DNA from: Terriglobia bacterium
GTDB lineage: Bacteria > Acidobacteriota > Terriglobia > JAJPHL01 > JAPKYU01
Assembly: GCA_965206645.1 (NCBI GenBank)
Contig: CBDBKE010000004.1
Location: 1,760,001-1,824,000, forward strand
Reading direction: 5' to 3'
DNA length: 64,000 nucleotides
Position 1 is the first letter of the stretch. The number at the start of each line of letters is the position of its first letter. Of the stretch, positions 21,369 through 31,411 are shown piece after piece. The position numbers and the translations under genes are program-made. The notes beneath the pieces are model-generated. The model was not told where the DNA came from. It worked only from the letters and a program-made list of their open reading frames with translations, and did no database searches.

Positions 21369-22892
21369 TCACCGGGACAGGAAATTTCTCAGGAACCACT
21401 CTGTCAAGAGTGCGCTGACACGAGGCGAGTTGGTTTCCGCAAGGGCGAAGAGTTGACTTCGGCTGGCGATAAACAGCGCGCCGTTGGCGGGAACAGCGGT
21501 AGAGTACACCGAACTGCCCAGATTTATCTCGGCCAGCACCTTGAGCTCCTTCCCCGGTCGCAAAACGACTACGTCGCCGTCTTCATCCCCCAGATACAGC
21601 TTTCCATCGGCGACCAGCGGTGATCCCCAGACCGCCGCCAGAGTGTCATGAACCCAATAGGGCTCGCCCGTTCGGGCATCTAGACAGTGAAGGAACCCGC
21701 TGAAGTCCGGAAAATAGATCAGGCCATCACGGATTGCCGCGGTCGAGATGGATCTGCGGATTTTCTCGTAGTGCCAGACCCGGCCGGTCTCGGTAATGTC
21801 GCCGCGCTTGGTGGCGTCAATGCAGTACAGGTGTCCTACCCCCTCGCCATGTTCGGGGTCCTGGCCATTGGCGAGATAGACACGATTGTCGTAGATGACC
21901 GGCGTGCTGATAATTGAATTTCGGGTCTTGGGCCACACGGAATCCTTAGGGTTGGTGTCAAATTCCCACAGTTTCTTTCCCGTCAGCACCTCGTAGCCAC
22001 GGACCCAACCGTCCCCCTGGCCCATCACCACTTGATCTACCCCTCCAACGTTGCCCACGGCCGGCGTGGACCACTGGCCGTGCAAGATGCGGTCGCCCAC
22101 TGAATTGTCTTCCCAAACAAGCTTGCCGGTGCGTTTGTTCAACGAAATGATGCTCGGGGCTCGCGGCGAGGGAATATTTACATGGCTCGCGTCCTGTCCG
22201 TTGGACGTGCTCAGATAGATGAGATCACCAAACGGGACGGGAGAAGAGTTGGCCAGGTTGTGGGGGAACGAGCCGACTTCCTCCATCATGTCGAATTTCC
22301 AAATAATGTCGCCATCCTTTTCGCCGGTGAACTCTTCGTCTTGCAACGGACCGTCATTCTCGCCATCGCGAAAGCCTTCGGTGTCGAGACAAACCACCTC
22401 AGCGCGGTTGGAGACGTAGTAGAGACGATCTCCTTCCACTAGAGGAGAGGACGCCACACCCTGATAAGGCCAGTCGTTAACGCGGCCCGACTCCAATTTT
22501 TTTGAGGTTGCCTGCCAAAGAAATTCTCCATCGGAGGCGCGGAACGCCATGACCACCCCACGGTCACCCCCTTGTTTGGGATCGCGCAACCCCTCGTTGT
22601 TGGTCCCCACAAACACCTTGCCGCCGGCTACCACCGGGTTTCCATAGGTTTGCGAACCCAACGCAGCCACCCACTTAACGTTCTTTTTGGCATCCACATC
22701 CCAACTCGTGGGAAGCCCCTCCACGTTGGCAACCATGTTTCGGTCCGGCGTTCCGCCCCACATGGGCCAGTCCCCGGTGCCCGGGTCCGAAGCTGAGACG
22801 ACCGAACCCTCCCTCATCCATTGACCCACCGAATAAGAAGCGAGAATGACGGCGAGAAAAATCAATCCTGTACGGCAACGTGGCTGTTTCAT
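21369..22892 (-). CDS. PQQ-like beta-propeller protein (secreted)
   Basis: Signal peptide; DWPMWGG; TGKLVW, TGKKLW and TGEPYW docking motifs. Confidence 0.9.
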   Translation of the reverse strand: MKQPRCRTGLIFLAVILASYSVGQWMREGSVVSASDPGTGDWPMWGGTPDRNMVANVEGLPTSWDVDAKKNVKWVAALGSQTYGNPVVAGGKVFVGTNNEGLRDPKQGGDRGVVMAFRASDGEFLWQATSKKLESGRVNDWPYQGVASSPLVEGDRLYYVSNRAEVVCLDTEGFRDGENDGPLQDEEFTGEKDGDIIWKFDMMEEVGSFPHNLANSSPVPFGDLIYLSTSNGQDASHVNIPSPRAPSIISLNKRTGKLVWEDNSVGDRILHGQWSTPAVGNVGGVDQVVMGQGDGWVRGYEVLTGKKLWEFDTNPKDSVWPKTRNSIISTPVIYDNRVYLANGQDPEHGEGVGHLYCIDATKRGDITETGRVWHYEKIRRSISTAAIRDGLIYFPDFSGFLHCLDARTGEPYWVHDTLAAVWGSPLVADGKLYLGDEDGDVVVLRPGKELKVLAEINLGSSVYSTAVPANGALFIASRSQLFALAETNSPRVSALLTEWFLRNFLSR

Positions 22893-22928
22893 AGCTGTTT
22901 CATAGCTGGTTCATCGCTGTCTCATCGC
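22883..22928. repeat. 4x 11-bp tandem repeat spanning a gene junction
   Basis: GCTGTTTCATA GCTGTTTCATA GCTGGTTCATC GCTGTCTCATC. Confidence 0.9.
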
Positions 22929-25105
22929 AATAGGTTCGGCCTGACTTTGAGATTGTCAAAAAAGATCTCAAACGGCGCGTTGGCGTAAAGACCTGGACTC
23001 CCTTGCAGATTGGGAATGGGATCCACGCGCTCAACGGACCAGGCCTCTGGTTCGGCCTCCTGCGCCGGCCATGCTTTTCCCCGAGCCCGAACCTTGCCGT
23101 TTGGCAGGTTCTCGACTCGAAGCTTGAGACGGTACCAAGCGTCTCCGCTCCACGGAAACGCCACAGAAACCGTGCGGGCCGTTTCCGGCTGCCAGGATTG
23201 CAGCTCCAGTCGCTGGTGGTTGCCGAAGAGCACCAGGGAATAACGCTGCGCGACCACTCCGGCATCTCCCATCTGGCGACGTTTCTCCGTTGCCCTGACA
23301 TCTACCTGAATTGTGTAATTGGACCAAGCGGAGGACCCCATATACACCCGGGCGCGCCGGAGAAAGGGATTGTCAGATAACTTGACCAGAACCTTGTTGC
23401 CATCCACCTCGCGCACGACGAACTTGCCGGTGGCACTCATCCAGTGTCGAGGTGGGCGACCGACAGCCAAAGATTGGAAATTCTCATCCCAGGGCAAAGG
23501 TGGAATCACCCGGACCCGAGCGATTCCGGAAAGTCCTTCCACCGTGGCCTTCACCTCGCCTGCCTGCGCAACCGGATCAGAAGCGGTAAGGAAGCGTCCG
23601 TCGTTCTGGATCTTACCGCGAAGCTGTTCGAGCGACCAGGCGGCCTGCCCTTCCCGAATCAAGCGGCCGCGCCGGTCAAACAGGCGGGCCCGAAAGCGGA
23701 CGCTGTCTCCGGGATACAACGCAACTTCGGTCGGCACCACCTGTACGTGGGCAACCGGCTCGCGGCCGGCAGTCGCCTCGGGCATCCTGGAACGCAGTGA
23801 AGCCTGTTTGGACTTCTTCCCTATGCAATACAGCGCCTCGCTGGAGACCAGGTACACCCGACCACGAGAAATGGCAGCGGAGGCGATGATTGGTTGGGGA
23901 GCCGCTTCGGTTCCCAGCAGGTCGGCATCGAGAATCTCGCACCTGTCCGGGCCGGGCCGCAGAATATAGAACTTTCCGTTTTGCGTGCCGACATACAGCT
24001 TGCCATCGGCCAAGACTGGGGAGGCTCTCTGGATTGTCCCAAGATTCAGAGTCCAGAGCTTCTTGCCCGAGACGATCTCGAAAGCGTACAGATTGGCGCT
24101 GTTGTCGATCTGGTAAACGCGACCGCCGTCAACGACAGGAGACGAAAACCCGGCGAGAAAACCGTGGACTCCCCACTTCACATGCTGCTTTCCCAGATTC
24201 CCCGCTGCGGCCGCGTCAATGGCGGCAATCAGACCCATCTCGCTGGAGGCCAGGTTCTCCTCACTGTGACTGACAATCGCCGTCGCACCCTTGAGGACGA
24301 CGCCGGTGTTGATGCCCCGCTTGCTCAAGGCGAATTTCCACACCGGCTCGCCGGTCTGCGGCTTCAGAGCGTGGACAGCGCCGTCACCGCCGCCGGCGAT
24401 CAGCAAACGAGTCCCGTTAATCACGGCGGAAATGGGAGTCGAGTAGGTGGTGTCATAGGGCCGCCCGCCCGGAGCGCTCACCCAGACCGTTTCGCCGGTC
24501 TTCTTCGCAAACGCCATGAACCGGTGGCGTCCGTGCGCTTGTTTTCCCCAGCCCGAGGTGACGCCGCTGACGATCACCAAATCTCCCTCAATGACAGGAG
24601 AGACAGTGCGTCCGCCGTGGGTCGTGATTTGACCAAAGTTTTCCGACAAAAAGCGCTCCCAGAGAAGCTGGCCGTCTCGGGAGAGCGCCAGCAACGTCGC
24701 CCCCACGCCAAGGGCATAGACGTTGCCTGAAGCAGGATCGGCGACAGGCGAAGCCCATCCCACCCGGTGCGGCGGCACATCGCTTGAGAAAACATTGAAG
24801 CGATGTTCCCACAGCAGCTTTCCGGTGTCGGCATGGAAACACATGACGCGTTCCTGCTGGGTTTCGCCTTCGCCCACTGAGTTCTGCAGAAACAACCGGT
24901 CCCCCAGAACGATTGGTGCGGAGCGGCCGCCGTAGGGCGCTTTCCAAGCCAGGTTCTGGCCCGCGGGTGACCACTGCGTGGGAAGCGATGTTTCCAGGGA
25001 GACCCCATCGCGCCCTGGTCCGCGCCAGTCGGGCCAGTCGCGCCCCCAGGAGGCACTCGGAAGGAAAACTGGAAAAAGAAGCAACAGGAAAAGAATGACA
25101 ACCAT
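22922..25105 (-). CDS. PQQ-like beta-propeller protein with C-terminal beta-rich extension
   Basis: Signal peptide; DWPDWRGP; propeller repeats followed by about 290 aa of beta-rich sequence (probably Ig-like plus ConA/jelly-roll-like). Confidence 0.88.
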   Translation of the reverse strand: MVVILFLLLLFPVFLPSASWGRDWPDWRGPGRDGVSLETSLPTQWSPAGQNLAWKAPYGGRSAPIVLGDRLFLQNSVGEGETQQERVMCFHADTGKLLWEHRFNVFSSDVPPHRVGWASPVADPASGNVYALGVGATLLALSRDGQLLWERFLSENFGQITTHGGRTVSPVIEGDLVIVSGVTSGWGKQAHGRHRFMAFAKKTGETVWVSAPGGRPYDTTYSTPISAVINGTRLLIAGGGDGAVHALKPQTGEPVWKFALSKRGINTGVVLKGATAIVSHSEENLASSEMGLIAAIDAAAAGNLGKQHVKWGVHGFLAGFSSPVVDGGRVYQIDNSANLYAFEIVSGKKLWTLNLGTIQRASPVLADGKLYVGTQNGKFYILRPGPDRCEILDADLLGTEAAPQPIIASAAISRGRVYLVSSEALYCIGKKSKQASLRSRMPEATAGREPVAHVQVVPTEVALYPGDSVRFRARLFDRRGRLIREGQAAWSLEQLRGKIQNDGRFLTASDPVAQAGEVKATVEGLSGIARVRVIPPLPWDENFQSLAVGRPPRHWMSATGKFVVREVDGNKVLVKLSDNPFLRRARVYMGSSAWSNYTIQVDVRATEKRRQMGDAGVVAQRYSLVLFGNHQRLELQSWQPETARTVSVAFPWSGDAWYRLKLRVENLPNGKVRARGKAWPAQEAEPEAWSVERVDPIPNLQGSPGLYANAPFEIFFDNLKVRPNLLR

Positions 25106-25430
25106 GGTGGACGGCTCGGTCTACAATGACTCCAACAAGGCCAAGATATAGCCTGCTCCCATAGCAGTCAAGCACACCGGTGGTCATCGAGAAGGTCTGG
25201 GCCGAGATTGAAGGCGGGCAACTCTTCCTCTTGCAACGCAAGTTGCAACGCAAGCTTCGGCTCTTGCAGCGCAAGCTTCCGACCGACCACGATTTCGATT
25301 ACTTTAGTAGGATACACCCGCGCAAGGAGCTTCCAGAGGGGTGGTCGAAAAGAGGACTCCCTTTCGGAGACGAACCGCTCTGGTACTAGGACCTGCAACT
25401 GTCAGGACCTGGACTGATGGAGGTGATCGG

Positions 25431-27569
25431 TTGAACCTCAGCAAAGAGCGTCTGGATGGTCCGCTCCGGCAACTGGCACTCCTCTACGGCGTTCAAACTG
25501 CTTACTACGACGTCGTCTCCCACCGCCGCAGACAGGCGTCGGCTGAGGCACTCCTGTCCGTGCTTCGCGCGTTGGGGGCCCCCTTAGAAAACCATGGGGA
25601 TGCCGGGTCAGCCTTGCGGCAAAGGCGCCAGGACCTGTGGCAGCGCTGCCTGGAGCCGGCTACGGTTTCCTGGGACGGCGCGCCATTTCGCGTCGAGATG
25701 CGCCTGCCTGCATCGCGCGCCGGGGGCCTGGCACATTGCCGGTTGCAGCTCGAAACCGGAGAGGTGCAGCAGTGGACCTCGAACCTTGCGGGACTTCGCG
25801 CTCTGCGCTCAGCAGAAGAAGCAGGAGTACGGTACGTTGTCAAAGCTCTAAGAAGCCCCAAAAGCCTGCCCTGCGGCTATCACCGATTCACACTGGAATG
25901 GCAGGGAAACACAGCTGAGGCGCTGATCATTGCTGCACCGCTCCAGGCTTACGCGACGCGCCCACAGCGGCAGGGCAGAACCTGGGGAGTTTTCCTCCCG
26001 CTATATGCGCTTCATAGTCGCAAGAGTTGGGGAGCGGGCGATTTCTCGGACCTCGAAGCGCTGGTCGAGTGGGTCGGTCAATTGGGCGGAGGTGTGATCA
26101 GCACCTTGCCGCTGTTAGCCTCCTACCTCGATGAGCCCTTCGACCCAAGCCCGTACGCACCGGCCAGCCGGCTGTTCTGGAACGAGTTTTACCTGGACGT
26201 CACACGCATTCCGGAAGTGGAATCTTGTGCCCGCGTAAAGGAACTACTGGGCTCCGCCTGGCTCCAGGAGGAGTTGAATCTTCTGCGCTCGTCGGCCCTG
26301 GTCGACTATCGTCGCGGGATGGCTGTCAAACGGAAGGTGCTCGAGGAATTGGCAAGGCACTTTTTCGCCCAGAACTCGCAACGGATGGCGAATTTCCGGC
26401 ATTACTTGGAGGCACATCCTCGACTGGAAGATTATGCCCGCTTCCGGGCCGCCTCTGACCGCCAGCGGACTCCCTGGCCGAGTTGGCCCCAGCCACTGCG
26501 CCAGGGAGTTCTCGAACCGGGCGACTACGATGAGCAGGTACGCCGCTACTACCTTTACACCCAGTGGTTGGCGCACGAGCAGATTCAGGCCGTTTCGGAA
26601 AAAGCCCGGCGAAACGGTCCCGGCTTGTATCTGGATTTACCTTTGGGTCTCCACCCCGCGGGCTATGACGTGTGGCGCGAGCGGAACGCGTTTGCCCTGG
26701 AGGTCTCCGGTGGTGCACCTCCCGACCGTGTCTTCACCACGGGACAGAATTGGGCGTTTCGGCCGCTACAGCCAGAAAAGATCAGGGAGCAAGGCTATGG
26801 CTACTTCATCGCCTGCCTGCGCCATCAACTCCAGCACGCTGGTCTGCTGCGCATTGACCACGTGATGGCCCTGCACCGGCTGTACTGGATTCCCGACGGT
26901 TTTGAAGACCACCAGGGGGTCTATGTGCGCTACCCGGCTGAAGAACTTTACGCCATTCTGAGCCTGGAATCGCACCGGCACAAGACGAGCATCGTCGGCG
27001 AGAACCTGGGCACGGTACCCTACTACGTCAATCCGACGATGCGCCGCCACCGGGTCCAGCGGATGTACGTTGTACAATACGAGATTGCGCATCAGGCGCG
27101 CAGGGCGCTACGGGCAGTGCCTGCGTTCTCGGTGGCCGGGCTGAACACGCACGACATGCCTCCATTTGCCGCTTACTGGGAAGACCTGGATGTGGAAGAC
27201 CGGCTGGCTCTGGGCCTTCTCACCCGAAAGGGTGCCCAAAGCGAGCGCAAGACTCGCCACGCCCTTCGAAACGCTTTGGTCAGCTTCTTAAGGCGCCACG
27301 GCTGGCTGACATCCACGTCGGCGGAGACTGGCGATGTTTTGAGAGCTTGCCTGGCCTACTTGGCGGCTAGCCCGGCTCAAATCGTGCTGGTGAACTTGGA
27401 AGACCTTTGGCTGGAAACGCAGTCCCACAACGTTCCTTCAACCGGAGAGACCCGCTCCAACTGGCGTCAGAAGGCTCTCCACTCACTGGAAGCGTTTCGC
27501 CGGTTACCCGACGTCTGCGCTACACTCCGGCAACTCCGTCGGGCACGAGTGGGAGGGAAAGGCTGTTGA
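25431..27569 (+). CDS. malQ: 4-alpha-glucanotransferase (amylomaltase, GH77)
   Basis: [31 protein letters not shown] and LNTHDMP motifs; TTG start after GGAGG. Confidence 0.93.
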   Translation: MNLSKERLDGPLRQLALLYGVQTAYYDVVSHRRRQASAEALLSVLRALGAPLENHGDAGSALRQRRQDLWQRCLEPATVSWDGAPFRVEMRLPASRAGGLAHCRLQLETGEVQQWTSNLAGLRALRSAEEAGVRYVVKALRSPKSLPCGYHRFTLEWQGNTAEALIIAAPLQAYATRPQRQGRTWGVFLPLYALHSRKSWGAGDFSDLEALVEWVGQLGGGVISTLPLLASYLDEPFDPSPYAPASRLFWNEFYLDVTRIPEVESCARVKELLGSAWLQEELNLLRSSALVDYRRGMAVKRKVLEELARHFFAQNSQRMANFRHYLEAHPRLEDYARFRAASDRQRTPWPSWPQPLRQGVLEPGDYDEQVRRYYLYTQWLAHEQIQAVSEKARRNGPGLYLDLPLGLHPAGYDVWRERNAFALEVSGGAPPDRVFTTGQNWAFRPLQPEKIREQGYGYFIACLRHQLQHAGLLRIDHVMALHRLYWIPDGFEDHQGVYVRYPAEELYAILSLESHRHKTSIVGENLGTVPYYVNPTMRRHRVQRMYVVQYEIAHQARRALRAVPAFSVAGLNTHDMPPFAAYWEDLDVEDRLALGLLTRKGAQSERKTRHALRNALVSFLRRHGWLTSTSAETGDVLRACLAYLAASPAQIVLVNLEDLWLETQSHNVPSTGETRSNWRQKALHSLEAFRRLPDVCATLRQLRRARVGGKGC

Positions 27570-29554
27570 AATCCAGCCAGAACCGTACGCCGCGGACCTT
27601 CGGCTCAGACAACGCGGCCTCCACGGTGCGCTATGACGTGAGCTTGCTGACCGATCAGGACCTCCACCTGTTCAATGAAGGCAGCCACGATCGACTTTAC
27701 CAGAAGCTGGGGGCTCATCCGCTGCAGGTGGAGGGAAACGAGGGAACCTACTTTGCTACCTGGGCGCCGAACGCCAAACAGGTGTGTGTGATGGGGGACT
27801 TCAACGGATGGAATAAGTCAAGCCACCCATTGCAGCCCCGTGCCCATTCCGGCATCTCGGCTGGCATCTGGGCCGGCATCTGGGAGGGATTCATCCCTGG
27901 AGTGGGTCCAGGAGAGCTTTACAAGTATTACGTCGTCTCCCAGCATGGCGACTATCGGGTGGACAAGACCGATCCGTTCGCCTTCTTCATGGAAAATCCC
28001 CCTGGGACCGCTTCGGTGGTCTGCAACCTGGAATACTCCTGGGGAGATGGCGCCTGGATGCAAAGCCGGCATCAGCGTAATTCCCTGCGTAGCCCCATCG
28101 CCATCTATGAGGTGCACCTCGGCTCCTGGATGCGCGTCCCAGAGCAAAACAACCGCTGGCTGAGTTATCGGGAGCTGGCGCCCAAGCTGGTCGACTATGT
28201 GCGCCGGATGGGGTTCACTCACGTGGAGTTTTTACCCGTGATGGAGCACCCCTTCTACGGCTCCTGGGGCTACCAGACGACTGGCTATTTCGCCCCCACC
28301 AGCCGCTACGGAGCTCCGCAAGACTTGATGTATTTGATTGACTCCCTCCACCAGAACGGAATCGGCGTCATCCTGGACTGGGTGCCGTCACATTTTCCGG
28401 ACGACGAGCACGGCCTGGCCTACTTTGACGGGACCCACCTCTACGAGCACGCCGACCCGCGGAAAGGCTTTCATCCGGACTGGGGCAGCTACATCTTCAA
28501 CTACGAGCAGAACGAGATCCGGAGCTTCCTTCTAAGCAGCGCGTTGTTTTGGCTGGACACCTACCACGCCGACGGACTGCGGGTGGACGCGGTCTCTTCC
28601 ATGCTGTACCTGGACTACTCGCGCCCGGAAGGCGAGTGGATTCCCAACCGGTACGGGGGGCGGGAAAATCTCGAAGCTGCCCAGTTCCTGCGAGAACTGA
28701 ATCAGCACGCCTACAAGAACTACCCCGACATCCAAACGGTGGCGGAGGAGTCAACTTCCTGGCCGATGGTCTCCAGACCGACCCACCTGGGAGGTTTGGG
28801 CTTTGGCATGAAGTGGGACATGGGATGGATGCACGACACGCGGGAATACCTGTCCCAGGACCCCGGCCGCCGGAAGGACTACCATAACAAGCTGACCTTT
28901 CGAATGACCTACACCTTCACCGAAAACTTCTTGCTGCCGCTGTCGCACGACGAGGTCGTGTACGGAAAGAGCTCGCTGCTCGGCAAGATGGCAGGCGACG
29001 ATCGGCAGAAGTTCGCCAACCTCCGCCTGCTGCTCGGATACATGTACAGCCAGCCCGGAAAGAAGCTGCTGTTCATGGGAGGCGAGTTTGGCCAGTGGCG
29101 GGAATGGAACCATGAGAAAGACCTGGACTGGCACCTGTTGCAATACACTCCCCACGCGGGTTTGCAAAAGTGGGTGGAAGATTTGAATCGGCTGTACCGC
29201 AGCGAGCCAGCGCTCTATGAGCTGGACAGCGAGCCGGCAGGCTTTGAATGGATCGACTGCGATGACAGCGATCAGAGCGTACTGACATTTTTCCGCAGGG
29301 GACACTCGAGCAACGACGTTCTCGTCGTGGCCTGCAATTTCACCCCGATCCCCCATACCAATTACCGGCTTGGTGTCCCGCAGGGTGGATTCTGGCGCGA
29401 ACTGCTCAACAGCGATGCGCAGCACTACGGAGGAGGCGGCTCGGGGAATCTTGGCGGGGTGGAGGCGGGGCCGGCTTCCGTCCATGGGCGCCCCTACGCT
29501 CTGAGCATCACCCTGCCGCCGCTGGCCATTGTCTTCCTCAAGAATGGAGCGTAA
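27566..29554 (+). CDS. glgB: 1,4-alpha-glucan branching enzyme
   Basis: [36 protein letters not shown] and LSHDEVV motifs; TTG start overlaps the malQ stop. Confidence 0.95.
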   Translation: MKSSQNRTPRTFGSDNAASTVRYDVSLLTDQDLHLFNEGSHDRLYQKLGAHPLQVEGNEGTYFATWAPNAKQVCVMGDFNGWNKSSHPLQPRAHSGISAGIWAGIWEGFIPGVGPGELYKYYVVSQHGDYRVDKTDPFAFFMENPPGTASVVCNLEYSWGDGAWMQSRHQRNSLRSPIAIYEVHLGSWMRVPEQNNRWLSYRELAPKLVDYVRRMGFTHVEFLPVMEHPFYGSWGYQTTGYFAPTSRYGAPQDLMYLIDSLHQNGIGVILDWVPSHFPDDEHGLAYFDGTHLYEHADPRKGFHPDWGSYIFNYEQNEIRSFLLSSALFWLDTYHADGLRVDAVSSMLYLDYSRPEGEWIPNRYGGRENLEAAQFLRELNQHAYKNYPDIQTVAEESTSWPMVSRPTHLGGLGFGMKWDMGWMHDTREYLSQDPGRRKDYHNKLTFRMTYTFTENFLLPLSHDEVVYGKSSLLGKMAGDDRQKFANLRLLLGYMYSQPGKKLLFMGGEFGQWREWNHEKDLDWHLLQYTPHAGLQKWVEDLNRLYRSEPALYELDSEPAGFEWIDCDDSDQSVLTFFRRGHSSNDVLVVACNFTPIPHTNYRLGVPQGGFWRELLNSDAQHYGGGGSGNLGGVEAGPASVHGRPYALSITLPPLAIVFLKNGA

Positions 29555-29560
29555 CTCGCG

Positions 29561-31408
29561 ATGAGCCCCGCGCTAGGCGCGACCTACCTGGGCCGCGGCC
29601 GCTGCGAGTTTCTGTTATGGGCGCCGCGCCAGGAGCAGGTCGAAGTGCGCATGATGGGCGCAGGCGAGCAGTTGGTCCCGATGCAACCGCAGCCGCGCGG
29701 CTACCATCGTGTCCTGGCGGAGGGTGTCGCCCCGGGCAGCTTGTACCTGTACCGCCTGGGCGGTGGGCAAGATAGGCCAGACCCAGCCTCCCGCTTCCAG
29801 CCGCAGGGTGTTCATGGGCCGTCCCAGGTTGTGGACCAAGCCTTTAGCTGGCAAGATCTGGAATGGCGTGGCTTCCCGCTTGAACATTACATCCTTTACG
29901 AAATCCACGTGGGAACCTTCACTCCGGAGGGAACGTTTGACGCGCTGCTGCCCTGCCTCAGTGAGCTGAAGCAGATCGGCGTCACGGCCGTGGAGTTGAT
30001 GCCGGTGGCGCAATTTCCCGGAGAGCGGAACTGGGGATACGACGGCGTCTTTCCCTTTGCAGTACAGAACTGCTACGGCGGACCCGACGGCCTGAAGAGG
30101 TTGGTCAATGCGTGCCACGAACAGGGGCTAGCCGTAGTCCTGGATGTGGTCTATAACCACGTCGGGCCGGAAGGCAACTACCTGGCCGACTTCGGACCCT
30201 ACTTCACCGAACGGCACCGTACCGCGTGGGGTGGGGCAATCAACTTCGACGGACCGCACAGCGACGAGGTCCGGCGCTTCTTTATCGAAAATGCGTTTTA
30301 CTGGATGACCGAGTTCCACGTGGATGCACTCCGCCTCGACGCCATCCACGCCATTGTGGACCCATCGGCTCAACCCTTCCTGGAAGAGCTGGCCGCGGCT
30401 GTGCAGGAGCAGGCGGAGCGGCTGGCGCGTCCCGTGTATGTGATCGCGGAAAGCGACCGGAACGACCCACGGTGCCTTCGCCCGCGCCAGGTTGGCGGCT
30501 GGGGTCTGGATGCCCAATGGAACGATGATTTCCATCACGCGCTGCACGCCCTTCTGACCGGCGAACGGAATGGTTACTACGCGGACTTTGGGCAAATCGA
30601 GCATCTGGCCCGGGCGTTCACCGAGGGCTATGTGTATTCGGGACAGTATTCGGCCTACCGCCAGCGCCGCCACGGTAACTCCTCGCGGGACATCCCGGCC
30701 TACCGGTTCGTGGTGTGCGCGCAGAACCACGATCAGGTGGGAAACCGGATGCTGGGGGAGCGGCTCAGCCAACTCACCTCCTTCGAGGAGCTGAAGCTGG
30801 CCGCCGCCGTGGTCCTGCTGTCGCCTTTCATTCCGCTGCTGTTCATGGGAGAGGAGTATGCCGAGACAGCACCCTTCCTCTATTTTGTCAGCCATTTGGA
30901 CCCTGCCCTGATTGAGGCGGTGCGCCAGGGGCGGCGCCGGGAGTTTGCCGCCTTTCAATTGCGAGGCGAGCTGGGGCGAGGCGAGCTGCCCGACCCGCAG
31001 GACGAGCGCACTTTCTTGTGCTCGAAGCTGCGCTGGGAATTACGCCAGGAGGGACCGCATCGCATCCTGCGCGACTTTTATCAGGAGCTGATCCGGCTGA
31101 GGAACCACACACCCGCCCTGACCTGCTCGAGCAAGGAGGCGCTGGAGGTCGCGGGTTATGAGAAGGAGAAGATTTTGTTCGTCCGCCGATGGAAAGATTC
31201 CAACCAGGTTTTCACGGTCTTCCACTTTGGGGATGCAGCAGCCGAGTTTTCTCTACCCATTCCGGCAGGGCATTGGCAAAAGCTACTGGATTCGTCCGAC
31301 CCACTGTGGGCTGGCGCCGGCAGCTCGATGCCAGAGAGGTTCACCACGAGCAGCGAAACCCGTTTGACGGTCGGGCCCAAGTCCGCCGTTCTGTTTCAAA
31401 TGGTGTAA
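29561..31408 (+). CDS. treZ: Malto-oligosyltrehalose trehalohydrolase
   Basis: PDPASRFQPQGVHGPS, RNWGYDG, LRLDAIHAI, IAESD and QNHDQVGNR motifs. Confidence 0.95.
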   Translation: MSPALGATYLGRGRCEFLLWAPRQEQVEVRMMGAGEQLVPMQPQPRGYHRVLAEGVAPGSLYLYRLGGGQDRPDPASRFQPQGVHGPSQVVDQAFSWQDLEWRGFPLEHYILYEIHVGTFTPEGTFDALLPCLSELKQIGVTAVELMPVAQFPGERNWGYDGVFPFAVQNCYGGPDGLKRLVNACHEQGLAVVLDVVYNHVGPEGNYLADFGPYFTERHRTAWGGAINFDGPHSDEVRRFFIENAFYWMTEFHVDALRLDAIHAIVDPSAQPFLEELAAAVQEQAERLARPVYVIAESDRNDPRCLRPRQVGGWGLDAQWNDDFHHALHALLTGERNGYYADFGQIEHLARAFTEGYVYSGQYSAYRQRRHGNSSRDIPAYRFVVCAQNHDQVGNRMLGERLSQLTSFEELKLAAAVVLLSPFIPLLFMGEEYAETAPFLYFVSHLDPALIEAVRQGRRREFAAFQLRGELGRGELPDPQDERTFLCSKLRWELRQEGPHRILRDFYQELIRLRNHTPALTCSSKEALEVAGYEKEKILFVRRWKDSNQVFTVFHFGDAAAEFSLPIPAGHWQKLLDSSDPLWAGAGSSMPERFTTSSETRLTVGPKSAVLFQMV

Positions 31409-31411
31409 CCC

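Noticed and set aside
3517-25105. Calling the propellers bamB or methanol/alcohol dehydrogenases
   Set aside because: No bamA/der context, no clear lipobox, no vicinal Cys-Cys, and no cytochrome or pqq genes nearby.
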